64,000 bases of DNA, taken from assembly GCF_003334305.1 (NCBI RefSeq), contig NZ_QOWS01000011.1; one strand, 5' to 3'. This DNA comes from Escherichia coli (GTDB lineage Bacteria; Pseudomonadota; Gammaproteobacteria; Enterobacterales; Enterobacteriaceae). The notes below the pieces were generated by a model. That model searched no databases. It saw only the letters and a list, made by a program, of their open reading frames with translations, and was not told the origin of the DNA. Positions 25,033 to 40,052 of this stretch are shown in pieces (positions within the stretch are counted from its first letter, which is position 1; each line of letters starts with the position of its first letter). Position numbers and translations under genes: made by a program.

Positions 25033-25446
25033 CTAACGGCTCAGGCGGCGCATCCGCTCAGACGGAGTAATGATATCGGTGATCCGCACGCCATATTTAT
25101 CAGCGACTACGACAACTTCGCCCTGAGCAATTAAATAACCGTTGATCAGAATATCCAGCGGTTCGCCCGCCAGACCGTCCAGCGCCACGACTGATCCTTG
25201 CGTCAGACGCAGTAACTCTTTGATGGTCATTCGTGTGCGGCCCAGCTCGACGGTCAGCTTGACCGGAATATCCATAATCAGGTCGATATCCTGCAACGTT
25301 CCGCTGACATCACCACCGCCAAATTGCTGGAACACCGCGTCGGCAGCGCTTTTGCCACTGGTTGATTTTTGTTCGCTCAACGCTTCAGCCCACAGATCGT
25401 CCATTGCGCCGTTGTTGTCATCGGCCGGATTATTCATGTCACTCAT
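25033..25446 (-). CDS. fliN: Flagellar motor switch protein FliN
   Basis: 137-aa ORF with conserved SpoA-type C-terminal domain. Confidence 0.95.
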   Translation of the reverse strand: MSDMNNPADDNNGAMDDLWAEALSEQKSTSGKSAADAVFQQFGGGDVSGTLQDIDLIMDIPVKLTVELGRTRMTIKELLRLTQGSVVALDGLAGEPLDILINGYLIAQGEVVVVADKYGVRITDIITPSERMRRLSR

Positions 25447-26447
25447 TTGGGCTGTTCCTCGTTCAGAGAATTTAAAATCGGGTTAATCAAATGTTCTATC
25501 CGTAACGCATACTGACCGTTGAGGGTGCCGTACTGACTGGTCAGAACCGGGACGCCGTCAACATGGGCGATGATGCGATCGGGTTTTTCTATCGGCAGGA
25601 CGTCGCCGGGTTTCAGTTTTAAAATCTGCGACAGGCGTAGCGAGATATCGGCAAAGTTGGCCACCAGTTCCAGCTGTGAATGCTGCACCTGGCGCACCAG
25701 GTTATCGCGCCAGTTCTGATCTTCATTACGCGAGTTTTCCAGCGGCGGGTTAACCAACAATTCCCGTAGCGGCTCGATCATGCTGAATGGCAGGCAGATA
25801 TTAAATTCGCCGGTCAGGTTGCCAATCTCCACATGGAACGGCGTGTTAACCACAATGTCGTTCGGCGAGGTGGTGATATTGGTAAATTTCACCTGCATTT
25901 CCGAACGCACGTACTCAACTTCCAGCGGATTAATCGCCTTCCAGGCGTCGCTATAGCCTTCAAGCGCCAGCTTTAACATGCGATTGATGACGCGCTGTTC
26001 TGTATGGGTAAACTCGCGGCCTTCCACTTTGGTCGGGAAGCGTCCATCGCCGCCAAACAGGTTATCCACGGCGATAAACACCAGACTCGGTGAGAACACC
26101 ACCAGCCCTGTGCCGCGCAGCGGTTTCAGATGGATAAGGTTCAGGTTGGTCGGCACCGGCAAGTTGCGGGCAAATTCATGGTACGGCTGAATGCGGATGG
26201 CCCCGACGGTAATATCCGGGCTACGGCGCAGCAGGTTGAACAGCCCCATACGAAAATGGCGGGCAAAGCGCTCATTAATGATTTCCAGCGCCTGCAAACG
26301 TTCGCGCACAACCCGTCGTTGGGTATTCGGATCGTACGGACGAATGTCACTTTCGCCGCTAACACTGGCTGTCGGTTCGTCTTTGACTTCGCTGTCACCA
26401 TTCAACAGCGCATCAATTTCAGCTTGAGAAAGAATACTATCGCCCAT
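25443..26447 (-). CDS. fliM: Flagellar motor switch protein FliM
   Basis: 334-aa frame starting MGDSILSQAEIDALL (CheY-P-binding N-terminus). Confidence 0.95.
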   Translation of the reverse strand: MGDSILSQAEIDALLNGDSEVKDEPTASVSGESDIRPYDPNTQRRVVRERLQALEIINERFARHFRMGLFNLLRRSPDITVGAIRIQPYHEFARNLPVPTNLNLIHLKPLRGTGLVVFSPSLVFIAVDNLFGGDGRFPTKVEGREFTHTEQRVINRMLKLALEGYSDAWKAINPLEVEYVRSEMQVKFTNITTSPNDIVVNTPFHVEIGNLTGEFNICLPFSMIEPLRELLVNPPLENSRNEDQNWRDNLVRQVQHSQLELVANFADISLRLSQILKLKPGDVLPIEKPDRIIAHVDGVPVLTSQYGTLNGQYALRIEHLINPILNSLNEEQPK

Positions 26448-26451
26448 GTCG

Positions 26452-26916
26452 TTATCGCAGAATAAAAGCGGTATACAGCACGTCGGTGACATCCTGTTTC
26501 GGTTGCCCGGCAACAAGCGGGGTGGAAAGTGTGGTTTTAATCTCGGCAATCAGGTTTTTCTTGCCTTCTTCTGTCGCCAGTACGGCAGCATCCTGACGCG
26601 AAAACAGTAACAGCAAACGGCTACGGACTTCCGGCAAATACTCACTCAGCCGCGAGCGGGTAGCTTCATCTTTGAGTCGCAGGGTTATGCCGATATAAAG
26701 CACGCGATCCGCATCGCCCAGATTGACTGTAAAGGTATCCAGCGCATAGAAGACCGGGGAGGGCACGACGCGTTGCTGCGCTTTGTCTTCAGCGGCAACC
26801 TGATGCGAATGCCAGTAGCTGTAACCTGCGCTGGCACAGGCCGCGAGGGTAATGAATACCAGAATCGGGATCCAAAGCGATCGCTTGCTTTTCTTGCTTA
26901 TCGCGTAATCAGTCAT
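26452..26916 (-). CDS. fliL: Flagellar basal-body-associated protein FliL
   Basis: 154-aa ORF with one transmembrane helix. Confidence 0.95.
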   Translation of the reverse strand: MTDYAISKKSKRSLWIPILVFITLAACASAGYSYWHSHQVAAEDKAQQRVVPSPVFYALDTFTVNLGDADRVLYIGITLRLKDEATRSRLSEYLPEVRSRLLLLFSRQDAAVLATEEGKKNLIAEIKTTLSTPLVAGQPKQDVTDVLYTAFILR

Positions 26917-27020
26917 GTGTTTCGGTCTTCCTGTGTCGCTACTGCTTATCGGCTAATTATCCTGCGTCTTGAGCGCAACAAAGCGGGGAAAAGACGCGGA
27001 TTACGGTGCTACCTCTGACG

Positions 27021-28148
27021 TTAGGCGAAAATATCAACGCCGCTGTTGCCTGTTACACGCCCTTGTAAAGAGACGGGAACCGGAAGCGTATCGTCGTCTT
27101 CCCCCGCCAGAGGTTCATGGTTTGCTGTGCGTTGGCTTTGCTGTTGTTGGGAAGCGGCCTGCTGCTGACCACTAAAGCTTTCGCCACTGATGTTGCTTTG
27201 CCCTAACTGAATGCCACTTTCGGCCAGCTGCGTACGCAGTACCGGCAGCGCTGCTTCCAGGGCGGCGCGTACGTGCTGATGCGGCGAAACCATCTGGATT
27301 TGCGCCTGGTTATCATCCACTTTGAGGGAGATTTGCACTTCACCTAAATCCTGTGGGTGCAGACGCAACTCTGCACTTTGTTGCCCCTGGCGGGTGAACA
27401 GCGAAATATGCTGGCTTAATGATTGTTGCCATTCGTGAGAACCCAGCGGTGCACTCAAGACAGGCGCGGCGACGGTGGGCAGTGGCTGTGTCTGGTGTGG
27501 AGTGATTAGCGGGCTGGCGGCAGCGGTCACCGGTGAAGGTGTGCTGATGACTTCCGCTTTACTCTGGGCTTCTGCTACCAGCGCTGTTAATGGCTGAGCT
27601 GGCGTGCCGGGGCCGTCATCAGGCTGTGCTGTAGTGAGTTGCGCAGAAGTCAGTTTTGTGAAAAGCGTTGGTTTCTCTGTCGGTAACACGGTTGACGGTG
27701 CATCAGTCACTTTGGGCGTATTGTCAAAACCCGGCAACATCGCAAAAAGGGCACTCAGGCTTGCGGTGACGTCTTCATTCAGATCATCCGCTTTTTCGTC
27801 TTTTGCCGTATTGTTGTCAGCCGCCGCAGCCAACGTTATCGTCTGAGCGGTGGTTAACGGTGTTAATGTGGATTGTTCGTCGTTGATGACAGGCGGTGTT
27901 TCATCCACAGGGATCAGTAAATCTGCTTGTTGCGCGTCTGAAAGAATATCGCTGACCAGCGGCTCGCCTTTTGCCGTGGGCTTATCTGTTGCCACCAGCA
28001 ACTGGGGAGTCGCTTTGTCGGTTGTTGCCTCACCTGTTAATGCTTCGCTCAACAACGCGAGAAAATCTTGTGCAGCATCGCTGGCTTTGCCGCCAGGCAA
28101 TGTGGCGTTATCAACGTCAGCGGTAATCAAGGGCGCTATGCGAATCAT
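27021..28148 (-). CDS. fliK: Flagellar hook-length control protein FliK
   Basis: 375-aa Pro/Gln/Thr-rich ORF with conserved C-terminal domain. Confidence 0.95.
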   Translation of the reverse strand: MIRIAPLITADVDNATLPGGKASDAAQDFLALLSEALTGEATTDKATPQLLVATDKPTAKGEPLVSDILSDAQQADLLIPVDETPPVINDEQSTLTPLTTAQTITLAAAADNNTAKDEKADDLNEDVTASLSALFAMLPGFDNTPKVTDAPSTVLPTEKPTLFTKLTSAQLTTAQPDDGPGTPAQPLTALVAEAQSKAEVISTPSPVTAAASPLITPHQTQPLPTVAAPVLSAPLGSHEWQQSLSQHISLFTRQGQQSAELRLHPQDLGEVQISLKVDDNQAQIQMVSPHQHVRAALEAALPVLRTQLAESGIQLGQSNISGESFSGQQQAASQQQQSQRTANHEPLAGEDDDTLPVPVSLQGRVTGNSGVDIFA

Positions 28149-28588
28149 TCAGGTTTCCTCATGGCGGCGCGCTGGGCGAACTCATCCATCTTTTTCTGAT
28201 CGAGGCGGTTTTCTGCAAGCAGTGCCGCCGTGGATTGCCGTTCCTGCAGTGTCTGCCAGGCCTGCAAACGTTGTTTCTTTTCTCGCCAGCTGTTCAGGGC
28301 AATGTCAACTTTCTGCGTCCACTGATTAAGTTGCTGGCGATGCTGAGTAATGGCTTTTTCCAGCGTCTGGATAAACTGCTGATAGTTGATCCAGCGGTTG
28401 CTGGTCATCCCGGCACTCATATCGCTATTGAGGTTATTGCGATATTCATTCTGATAATCGATCAGCATTTTGAGCTGTTCTTCCGCCTGCTGACATCCGC
28501 GACGCATTTCACCCAGCAGGCGCGCGGCATCCTCTACCTCTTTTTCTGCCAGATCTTTCAGGGTCGCCAGCGCACCATGTTCTGCCAT
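28145..28588 (-). CDS. fliJ: Flagellar export chaperone FliJ
   Basis: 147-aa coiled-coil ORF. Confidence 0.95.
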   Translation of the reverse strand: MAEHGALATLKDLAEKEVEDAARLLGEMRRGCQQAEEQLKMLIDYQNEYRNNLNSDMSAGMTSNRWINYQQFIQTLEKAITQHRQQLNQWTQKVDIALNSWREKKQRLQAWQTLQERQSTAALLAENRLDQKKMDEFAQRAAMRKPE

Positions 28589-28606
28589 CTGCCGTTATCT
28601 CCTGGG

Positions 28607-29979
28607 TTATGACACTGTCGGGAAAATACGCTCCAGCCCCTGGAGAGACGCTTCCCAGTCCGCGCGTTCAAAAATGCCTTGTTGCAAATAGCCCTCCAGC
28701 TGCGGCCACAGGGCGATGGCTTTGTCGAGCATCGGATCGCTGCCTTTGGCATACGCGCCGACGCTAACCAGATCGCGGTTACGCTGAAAACTCGACAACA
28801 GCTGTTTGAAGGTGCGCACTCGCGCGTAATGTTGCTCACTGATCAACGCCGTCATTGCGCGGCTGATCGACGCTTCAATATCGATAGCCGGATAGTGCCC
28901 GGCTTCCGCCAGTCGGCGAGACAGCACAATGTGACCGTCGAGGATTGCCCGCGCGGAGTCAGCAATGGGATCCTGCTGGTCATCGCCCTCGGTGAGCACG
29001 GTATAAAACGCGGTAATCGAGCCGCCGCCGCTAATGCCATTTCCGGCACGCTCGACCAGTGCCGGTAATTTGGCAAACACCGACGGGGGATAACCTTTGG
29101 TGGCGGGGGGTTCGCCAATCGCCAGCGCAATTTCACGCTGGGCCATCGCGTAGCGGGTGAGGGAGTCCATAATCAGCAACACATGCTGACCACGATCGCG
29201 AAAATCTTCGGCAATTCGCGTGGCATAGGCGGCACCCTGCATTCGCAGGAGCGGAGAAACATCCGCCGGAGCGGCAATCACCACGGAGCGTGCACGTCCT
29301 TCGGCACCGAGGATATTCTCAATAAAATCTTTTACTTCGCGCCCTCGTTCACCAATCAAACCCACGACAATGACATCGGCGCGGGTGTAACGGGCCATCA
29401 TCCCCAACAGCACACTTTTACCAACGCCCGACCCGGCAAACAGCCCCATACGCTGCCCGCGTCCGACGGTAAGCAGGGCATTGATTGGGCGCACGCCGGT
29501 GTCCAGCACATGTTCAATCGGTGTACGTTGCAATGGGTTAAATGGCGGGGTAATCAGCGCACCGGTTTCCGTCGTATCGGGGGAGGGGAGGCCATCGAGC
29601 GGTTTACCGCTGCCGTCCAGAACGCGACCTAATAACGCCGGACCGAGCGGCAACTGCTTGCCGCTTTGCAGCCCTTCAGCCGAAATGTTTTTGGCATAAA
29701 CACGCGCGCCGGGCAGGACACCTTCCACTTCCTCCAGCGGCATTAAAAACAGCCGTTGACCGTTAAAGCCAACGACTTCGCTTTCTACTTCGTGCGTTTC
29801 GCTGCCGTTCTGGCGTTCAATGACACAGGTTGCGCCGAGCGGCAATTGTAATCCGGTGGCTTCCAGCACCAGCCCGGTAGCGCGAGTTAATCGCCCGTAG
29901 CGACGTACCGCAGGCAACTGCGCCATTTTAGCTTCGAAGTTATCCAGCGTGGTTAGCCAGCGAGTCAGGCGCGTGGTCA

Positions 29980-29980
<1 letters not shown>
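28607..29980 (-). CDS. fliI: Flagellum-specific ATPase FliI
   Basis: 457-aa ORF with Walker A GSGVGKS. Confidence 0.95.
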
Positions 29981-33305
<3,325 letters not shown>

Positions 33306-33519
33306 CGCGCACCTCGTGGCTGATTATGGACGGCGTTATTGGCAAAGTGGAACAAGACTCACTCCCGGGTCAGCAAACTCGAAAAATTGACGCTCCCATT
33401 ATTTGTGCTTTCGTTTTTTTCTATCCGCCAATAAACCCGTTTTTTTGTTGCTATTTAGCGCCTTTGTCTTATTGACTTACTGGTAGGCTTTGCTACCAGA
33501 AATTATCCGGGAGATGAAA
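33306..33519. promoter_or_regulatory. Divergent fliF / fliE class-2 (FlhDC-dependent) promoter region
   Basis: Intergenic region between divergent fliF and fliE starts; individual boxes not mapped. Confidence 0.5.
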
Positions 33520-33834
33520 ATGTCAGCGATACAGGGGATTGAAGGGGTTATCAGCCAGTTACAGACCACGGCGATGAGTGCGCGTGCGCAGGAATCACTG
33601 CCGCAACCGACCATTAGTTTTGCCGGGCAGCTGCACGCCGCGCTCGATCGCATAAGCGATACACAAACAGCCGCCCGCACGCAGGCAGAAAAATTCACTC
33701 TCGGTGAACCCGGCGTGGCGTTAAACGATGTGATGACCGATATGCAAAAAGCCTCAGTTTCTATGCAAATGGGGATTCAGGTGCGTAATAAGCTGGTAGC
33801 GGCGTATCAGGAAGTGATGAGCATGCAGGTGTAG
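33520..33834 (+). CDS. fliE: Flagellar hook-basal body protein FliE
   Basis: 104-aa frame starting [10 protein letters not shown]. Confidence 0.95.
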   Translation: MSAIQGIEGVISQLQTTAMSARAQESLPQPTISFAGQLHAALDRISDTQTAARTQAEKFTLGEPGVALNDVMTDMQKASVSMQMGIQVRNKLVAAYQEVMSMQV

Positions 33835-34251
33835 GTTGTGTTACGTGTTGATTGTGCTTGTTTAATGACATCCAAACTCACAGCGTGGGGCATTGATGGG
33901 GCAAACTCACTCAATTTCTGGTTTAAAATGGAAACCTGATTCTGAAAGTTTTCTGCCATCCACGATCCGTATACGTGATAACCCCCCTGAACATCAGAGT
34001 GTCTCCTTTAACACGCATCACCAGGTCGGTTGTTGTTACGACCACAGACGCAACATTAATATTTTGATAATTTCATCTTATTTGATGTTTTTATTCATAT
34101 TCCGGGCTAGGGAAATAATCAGGCATAATTGTGTCACTGGAATAGAGGTTTCTTGTGGCGCATGTGGAAAGAGCGTCTAAGGACAAGACATTTGCGGCTG
34201 ATAATAAATAAAGGCGCAGCTCGTCGAATGCAAGAATGTGCTGCGTCTGGC

Positions 34252-34731
34252 TCATGGCAATTCATTATTTTCGCATAGCGTCAATGACAAAAATCGACTG
34301 TGTGGATCAAGTTGATAATCAGCAAACGGTTCGCAATCAACGAAACCATGCTTCAAATAAAGTTGATGGCAGGCCGTAAATCCAGCCTGTGTACCCGTTT
34401 CTAAGCTCAGGCGATGAAGGCATCTGTCATGGGCGACCTGCAAAATGTGGCGTAAAATCAGACTGGCGACACCACGACGTAAATAATTAGGCGCGGTACG
34501 CATTGATTTCAGCTCGCCATGTTTATCATCCAGCAACTTCAGCGCACCAATTCCTGCGAGTTGTTCGCCTTCCCATACTGACCAGAATGTCACTGTCGGG
34601 TTACGTAATTTTTGCACATCTAAAGCATGACTGCTTTCGGGGGGAGACTGCTGCAGCATGCCGGAAATATGGTAAGCCACTAATGCTTGCACTGCTGGAT
34701 GGGTGAGATCATCTGTTTTAATCGTGAACAT
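34252..34731 (-). CDS. yedL: GNAT-family N-acetyltransferase YedL
   Basis: 159-aa ORF with acetyl-CoA binding motif (RRGVASLI). Confidence 0.85.
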   Translation of the reverse strand: MFTIKTDDLTHPAVQALVAYHISGMLQQSPPESSHALDVQKLRNPTVTFWSVWEGEQLAGIGALKLLDDKHGELKSMRTAPNYLRRGVASLILRHILQVAHDRCLHRLSLETGTQAGFTACHQLYLKHGFVDCEPFADYQLDPHSRFLSLTLCENNELP

Positions 34732-34841
34732 GACGATTCCGTATTGGTATTATTTTTGCAATATGCCAACAGGTACTGAAATCTTTGTCTAATAGAGATT
34801 TCTTATGACGCAGTATTGTTGATCAATAATCTCCAGGCTTA

Positions 34842-35510
34842 TCAAACAGGTTGAATTAACTCCGCGCCCTGGTTTTTGACATTACCTACCGCGCGCGATA
34901 CCGGGTGCCAGGTGAACTGGTTTGCTGGAACACAGCCACTGGCAGCAATTTCAGAGGCTTATTTACCGCTAATCTCTTGCCGCATCCATTCCCGCGCAGC
35001 TTCTGGCGACAGTACCAGCGGGCGGCGGTCATGAATATCTACCAGACCCTGGTCTGCTGCTGCAGTGACAATTAAAAATCCTTCGGCTTCGTCACCACGC
35101 TCAAACGGTGTGCTACCTATCGCGGCTATAAAAACAGGTTGTCCATCAGCGCGATAGATAAAATAAGGCTGTTTTTTGTCGCCTTCTTTTTTCCACTCAA
35201 ACCAGCCATCGGCAAAACAGATTGCCCGACCATGTTGCCAGAGCGGTTTAAACATACGACTGGTTGCGGCAGTTTCTACGCGGGCGTTAATCAGCGGCGG
35301 TTTATCCCACCATCCGGGAGCATATCCCCAGAAAACCGGATCCAGATGAAGGTGTTCATCACGTTCACTGAGCAGAAGGACTTTGGTTCCCGGCGCGACG
35401 TTGTATCTGCCAATGGGTTCGGGATCATAGGGAATATCGCGTTCAATATCTTCCGCGAGAAGCGCAAGGTAATCTTCACGCGTTTGGGATTGGGCAAAGC
35501 GTCCACACAT
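34842..35510 (-). pseudogene. yedK: yedK (SRAP-family abasic-site processing protein) interrupted by an in-frame TAA at 34959-34961; 183 codons before it, 38 intact codons after it
   Basis: N-terminal MCGRF (catalytic Cys2) and SRAP domain; the frame resumes after the TAA as ASEIAASGCVPANQFTWHPVSRAVGNVKNQGAELIQPV, ending at TGA 34842-34844; 183+1+38 = 222, the remembered K-12 length. Confidence 0.7.
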
Positions 35511-35618
35511 AGAAACCTCCTGAGGTCACACTGAAAAGAATAGGAGAGGGGGCGGGTTAAATCTATGTGATAGAGAGGCAACGATATTCCCGCTGTGGGC
35601 CACAGCGGGAATGAGGGA

Positions 35619-35852
35619 TTACTTCTGAATTAAATAACGAATGGTCGGCCCGTCTTGCTGAATATCCAGCACCGTATAGCCGTGATTACGCGCATCCAGT
35701 GGAATATTATTGATCGACTGCGGACAGTCGCTCACCACTTCCAGGATCTCACCTTTTTTTAACTGCGGCATCGCCTCAAGGGTGGCGACTGCCGGATAAG
35801 GGCAGGGTTCACCCACCATATCAAGACGGTAATCAGGAACGATATTTTTCAT
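35619..35852 (-). CDS. yedF: TusA-like sulfurtransferase YedF
   Basis: 77-aa ORF with CPYP motif. Confidence 0.9.
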   Translation of the reverse strand: MKNIVPDYRLDMVGEPCPYPAVATLEAMPQLKKGEILEVVSDCPQSINNIPLDARNHGYTVLDIQQDGPTIRYLIQK

Positions 35853-37054
35853 GCGATCTCCTTAGCAGTCTGCGGTGCCGCACGGCGGAAGAAGCGTTTT
35901 TCCCAGCCGATAATCAACATCAGCGCAGCAAACAGCAGCAAATATGTCACCAGCAGGCCACCCATCGGGCCAAAGGTTTTCAGCAGGTTGATTTTGTCCC
36001 AGTCGGTGGCCAGCGCCGGAGCGAAATCATCCCAGTAATACGCCAGAATCGTTGAGCCGATCACGTTGCCCAGACCGACCCACCAGTAGTGCACCTGGCC
36101 TTCTACCGCGCGGTACATCCAGCCGGTTTCGCAGCCGCCTGCCAGCACGATGCCAAAACCAAACAGTAAACCACCAATTACCGCGTTTGGTCCCGCCCAC
36201 ATGATTTTGGGTTCAACGCCTAACTGTACGTAACTGAAGATCCCGATGGCACTCACCGCCATACCGATAATGATTGCTTTCGCCATATGGGTACGTCCGG
36301 TGATCCACATATCGCGGAACGCCGAAGTAAAGCAGATTTGCGCACGTTCAATCAGTAAACCAAAGCCGACGCCAAACAGCATTGCCAGCCCCAGTTTTGG
36401 TTGGTTCATCGCCGTGAGCAGCGCCCAGCCCAGCATGCCGAAAAAGACCAGCATCCCGAGACGAAAACGACGCCGCGCCTGATCCGGTTTTTGCGTCAGC
36501 GGCGAGGCGGCAGAAACTTTCTGCATTTTCACGGGAATACGGAAGATGGGCAGCAGGGTAAAGCGCGCGCCAAACCATGAACCAATGGCAGTGGCGATGG
36601 CAAAGAACCAGGCATGCAGCGAGAACTGAGGAATACCGGTAAAGAACGCCGCCAGGTTACAGCCCATTGCCAGACGCGCGCCAAAACCAGCGATAATGCC
36701 GCCAATGATGGCCTGCATAATGCGGATACGGCTGCGTGGCATGCGAAGTTTGACATTGTTGGCCCACAGCGCTGCGGCAAAGCAGCCGCCAAACATACCG
36801 AGGATCATCATCCCGTCGATGCGGGTTAATGGCGATCCTTCCAGATGGATAATTTTAAAGTAACCCCACTCTTCAGCATGGACGCCGAACAACTGCAGGA
36901 GCTGACCGCCCCAACGGGTAAATTCACCCGTGACAGCCCAAAAGGTGCCAGTAATGCCAAAATAGTAAGTGGAGAGAATACCCGCCGCGATGACCGCAGG
37001 GATGGGTGCCCAGAATTTAATCAACCAGGCGTGTTTGAATTGCTGCCATGACAT
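35849..37054 (-). CDS. yedE: YeeE/YedE-family membrane transporter (sulfur/selenium-related)
   Basis: 401-aa polytopic membrane ORF, operon with yedF. Confidence 0.9.
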   Translation of the reverse strand: MSWQQFKHAWLIKFWAPIPAVIAAGILSTYYFGITGTFWAVTGEFTRWGGQLLQLFGVHAEEWGYFKIIHLEGSPLTRIDGMMILGMFGGCFAAALWANNVKLRMPRSRIRIMQAIIGGIIAGFGARLAMGCNLAAFFTGIPQFSLHAWFFAIATAIGSWFGARFTLLPIFRIPVKMQKVSAASPLTQKPDQARRRFRLGMLVFFGMLGWALLTAMNQPKLGLAMLFGVGFGLLIERAQICFTSAFRDMWITGRTHMAKAIIIGMAVSAIGIFSYVQLGVEPKIMWAGPNAVIGGLLFGFGIVLAGGCETGWMYRAVEGQVHYWWVGLGNVIGSTILAYYWDDFAPALATDWDKINLLKTFGPMGGLLVTYLLLFAALMLIIGWEKRFFRRAAPQTAKEIA

Positions 37055-37240
37055 GAATGTAGCCTCTGAACTCAGAAGGTTTGAAACAAGAGTCGCGAAT
37101 CATACACCATGCAAATTTATTTTCGGGGTAATAATTCACAAAAATAATGGTTAGATCAAATTTCTCTCTGAACCTGGAAAGGCTGGCGACATCAGGGCTT
37201 TAATGCCACAATCCTCTTTTCTTCTCATGCAGGACGAATG

Positions 37241-37654
37241 ATGAAAAAACTCGCAATTGCAGGCGCGCTCATGTTGCTGGCGGGCTGTGCCGAAGTCGAA
37301 AACTATAACAATGTCGTGAAAACCCCCGCGCCGGACTGGCTGGCGGGCTACTGGCAGACCAAAGGGCCACAACGTGCGCTGGTCAGTCCGGAAGCGATAG
37401 GCAGCCTGATTGTCACTAAAGAGGGCGATACCCTGGATTGCCGTCAGTGGCAGCGGGTGATTGCCGTGCCGGGTAAATTGACATTGATGTCTGATGATCT
37501 CACTAACGTTACCGTAAAACGTGAGCTGTACGAGGTTGAGCGTGACGGTAACACCATTGAGTACGATGGTATGACGATGGAGCGTGTGGATCGCCCGACG
37601 GCAGAGTGTGCCGCCGCGCTGGATAAAGCGCAGTTACCGACGCCACTGCCGTAA
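37241..37654 (+). CDS. yedD: Lipoprotein YedD
   Basis: 137-aa frame with lipobox LLAGC. Confidence 0.85.
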   Translation: MKKLAIAGALMLLAGCAEVENYNNVVKTPAPDWLAGYWQTKGPQRALVSPEAIGSLIVTKEGDTLDCRQWQRVIAVPGKLTLMSDDLTNVTVKRELYEVERDGNTIEYDGMTMERVDRPTAECAAALDKAQLPTPLP

Positions 37655-37655
37655 T

Positions 37656-37690
37656 GAAATCTCCCCGGCTTGCCGCCGGGGATGAATTTA
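37656..37690. terminator. Hairpin between convergent yedD and amyA (likely bidirectional terminator)
   Basis: CTCCCCGGC...GCCGGGGA stem between the two stop codons. Confidence 0.5.
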
Positions 37691-39175
37691 AATCACCTCT
37701 TCGATAACCCACACGCTGACGCTGCCGCCGTTGCAAAAGAAGGTCGCTTCGCCGTTTTCGTCAGTCACTACGCTCTCTTGCCGGTTCCTCAGAAAATCAC
37801 GCCAGGTTTTATTGCCGTAATTCTCTCCCAGATGAATGGTTTTTTCGCCATCATCCCCGTTCGACATGACCACCACGCAGCCGGGATATTCGTCAGTGCC
37901 ACTGCGGCTAAAGGCAATGCAGTTCGGATGGTCGAAAAATAACGTCTGTACACCGTGGGCGAAACGCTGACGGGCGAGAATTAACTCATCAAGCTGTTCG
38001 ATTATTGGCATATCTATCGGATAGGTTTGCCCGTCACCACCGACATCTTCGTAATGCGCACCGTAGAGGTCCGGATAGAACACCGAAGGAACGCCATTTT
38101 CCCGCAACAAAATTAGAGCATACGCCAGCGGTTTAAACCACGGTTCGACCGGCGCTTCGAGGGCTTGCAACGGTTGGGTGTCATGATTGGCAACGAGGGT
38201 TACGGCGTGGAAAGGATCGGCTTCCACTAATGTACCCGTGAAAATCTGCGTCATGTCGTAGTCGCGCCCCATGCGCGATGCTTCATGGAATTTCATCTGC
38301 AGCGGCGCATCAAACAGCATGGTTTTGCCTTCCACCTGATCAATATACGTTTGCAGTTTATCGACTTCATGCGACCAGTATTCAGCCACAATAAATAGCG
38401 GCTTTGGTGCAACTTCCTGTACGTGTTCGATCCACTCTTTATAAAACCACGCCGGAATATGTTTGACCGCATCAAGACGAAAACCGTCGCATTGCGTTTG
38501 TTCCATCACCCAGCGCGCCCAGTATTTAATCTCTTCCGTCACGGCATGATTGCGGAAATCGATATTCTCGCCCATCAGGTAATCGAAATTACCGAGTTCA
38601 TCATCAACCTGATCGTTCCAGCCTTCGCCGGTGTAGTCGTTAACAATTTTAAAAATGCCATCTTCATCAGGGTTTTCGATATGGTCGATACCGCTAAAAC
38701 ATTTAAAATCCCAGATAAACTGCGAGTATTGCCCGGCACGTGCGGGGAAGGTGTAACGCGTCCAGCCTTCGCACTCAATGATTTCTTCGTCAATTTGCGT
38801 ACGATCGTCAGCATTTACACGCTGCACGCGAATAGCTTCTTTTTCATCCGCGCCCATTTTGTGATTGACTACCACGTCCAGCAGCACCGCAATGTCATTA
38901 CGTTTCAGAGCGTCAATGGCGGCCAGCAGTTGTGTTTTATCGCCATATTTAGTAGGGATGCTGCCTTTCTGATCAAACTCGCCTAAATCAAATAAATCAT
39001 AGGAGTCGTAGCCGACCGAATACCCGCCCGATGCGCCTTTATAGGCGGGCGGCAACCAGACCATATTGATACCAATATCATTAAAACCGTCGGCGCGCTC
39101 GGCCAGTTCAGGCCAGAGCTTACCGCCTTCCGGGTAATACCAGTGAAAACATTGTAACAGCGTGGGATTACGCAT
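37688..39175 (-). CDS. amyA: Cytoplasmic alpha-amylase
   Basis: 495-aa ORF, GH13 family motifs. Confidence 0.95.
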   Translation of the reverse strand: MRNPTLLQCFHWYYPEGGKLWPELAERADGFNDIGINMVWLPPAYKGASGGYSVGYDSYDLFDLGEFDQKGSIPTKYGDKTQLLAAIDALKRNDIAVLLDVVVNHKMGADEKEAIRVQRVNADDRTQIDEEIIECEGWTRYTFPARAGQYSQFIWDFKCFSGIDHIENPDEDGIFKIVNDYTGEGWNDQVDDELGNFDYLMGENIDFRNHAVTEEIKYWARWVMEQTQCDGFRLDAVKHIPAWFYKEWIEHVQEVAPKPLFIVAEYWSHEVDKLQTYIDQVEGKTMLFDAPLQMKFHEASRMGRDYDMTQIFTGTLVEADPFHAVTLVANHDTQPLQALEAPVEPWFKPLAYALILLRENGVPSVFYPDLYGAHYEDVGGDGQTYPIDMPIIEQLDELILARQRFAHGVQTLFFDHPNCIAFSRSGTDEYPGCVVVMSNGDDGEKTIHLGENYGNKTWRDFLRNRQESVVTDENGEATFFCNGGSVSVWVIEEVI

Positions 39176-39252
39176 TCTTCGACTCCATTCAAGGGGAACA
39201 TTAGAAGCGTAGCCGTAATCGGATTATTCGCGAGCCATTAGCTCGTTAAGAT

Positions 39253-39618
39253 TCACGAGAAGTTATCTTGCGGAGCCAGCACAAAGCCGCCCTGATCGCC
39301 ATAGGCACTTAACACCGATTTTTGCACCGATGACTGACCGACCAGTTTCGCCAGTTCATCCATCCGAATCTGTAATAACTGCTTTATCTTGCTTTCGTTG
39401 TCGAGAATCAGGCGCAGCATCGGGCGGAGCTGCTCCTGCATCGTGGTGGATGGGGCAATCTCTTCAGTCAGATGTGCAATCTCCTGCACCGCATTCACAT
39501 ACGCCATTTCGCTGGCGATGAGTTCGTCCCATTGTCCTTCCGTTGCCAGGCGTAACATGAGCTGGCTTTTTTCGACGAGTTGTTGCCAGGCGAAATACAA
39601 ATGCGGTGCGTGGTTCAT
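39253..39618 (-). CDS. fliT: Flagellar chaperone / anti-FlhDC factor FliT
   Basis: 121-aa ORF. Confidence 0.9.
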   Translation of the reverse strand: MNHAPHLYFAWQQLVEKSQLMLRLATEGQWDELIASEMAYVNAVQEIAHLTEEIAPSTTMQEQLRPMLRLILDNESKIKQLLQIRMDELAKLVGQSSVQKSVLSAYGDQGGFVLAPQDNFS

Positions 39619-40028
39619 CAGACTGGGTCCTGAATCAAAGAAGGGGAGAGTAAAGACTCTTTCCAGGCATCGGCAATATTGCGCATTAATGCTTCCACTT
39701 CTTCGACTGCGGAGACATCGTTGCGTAAATTGGCTTGCAGCAAACGCCTGACCATATAGCTATAAAGAGCAATCAAGTTTTGGGTTAATTCGTCTTTGCT
39801 CTCTTCATCAAGACTCACCCGCAGCCCGTTCTCAATGATGTTGATCGCTTTTGATAAAGAGACGCCTTTGCCTTGCTGATTGTTGTCCTGCATAAACAGG
39901 CGCGCTCTAACCAGTGCGCTCAGCACTCCATCAAATAGCATGGTGACCAGCTGCTGTTGGCTGGCGCTCATTACGGCGCTTTCGACGCCAATTTGTGCAT
40001 AGGCCTGGGTGCCTTTTGCCGCGTACAT
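39618..40028 (-). CDS. fliS: Flagellin-specific chaperone FliS
   Basis: 136-aa ORF. Confidence 0.95.
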   Translation of the reverse strand: MYAAKGTQAYAQIGVESAVMSASQQQLVTMLFDGVLSALVRARLFMQDNNQQGKGVSLSKAINIIENGLRVSLDEESKDELTQNLIALYSYMVRRLLQANLRNDVSAVEEVEALMRNIADAWKESLLSPSLIQDPV

Positions 40029-40052
40029 GACCTGTCTCCCGATGAATATTGA

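Noticed and set aside
33893-34180. 95-aa ORF in the fliE-yedL spacer
   Set aside because: No ribosome-binding site, Cys/His-rich odd composition, not recognisable as the K-12 yedM/yedN products
38423-38986. 187-aa ORF antisense to amyA
   Set aside because: Shadow ORF inside a conserved gene
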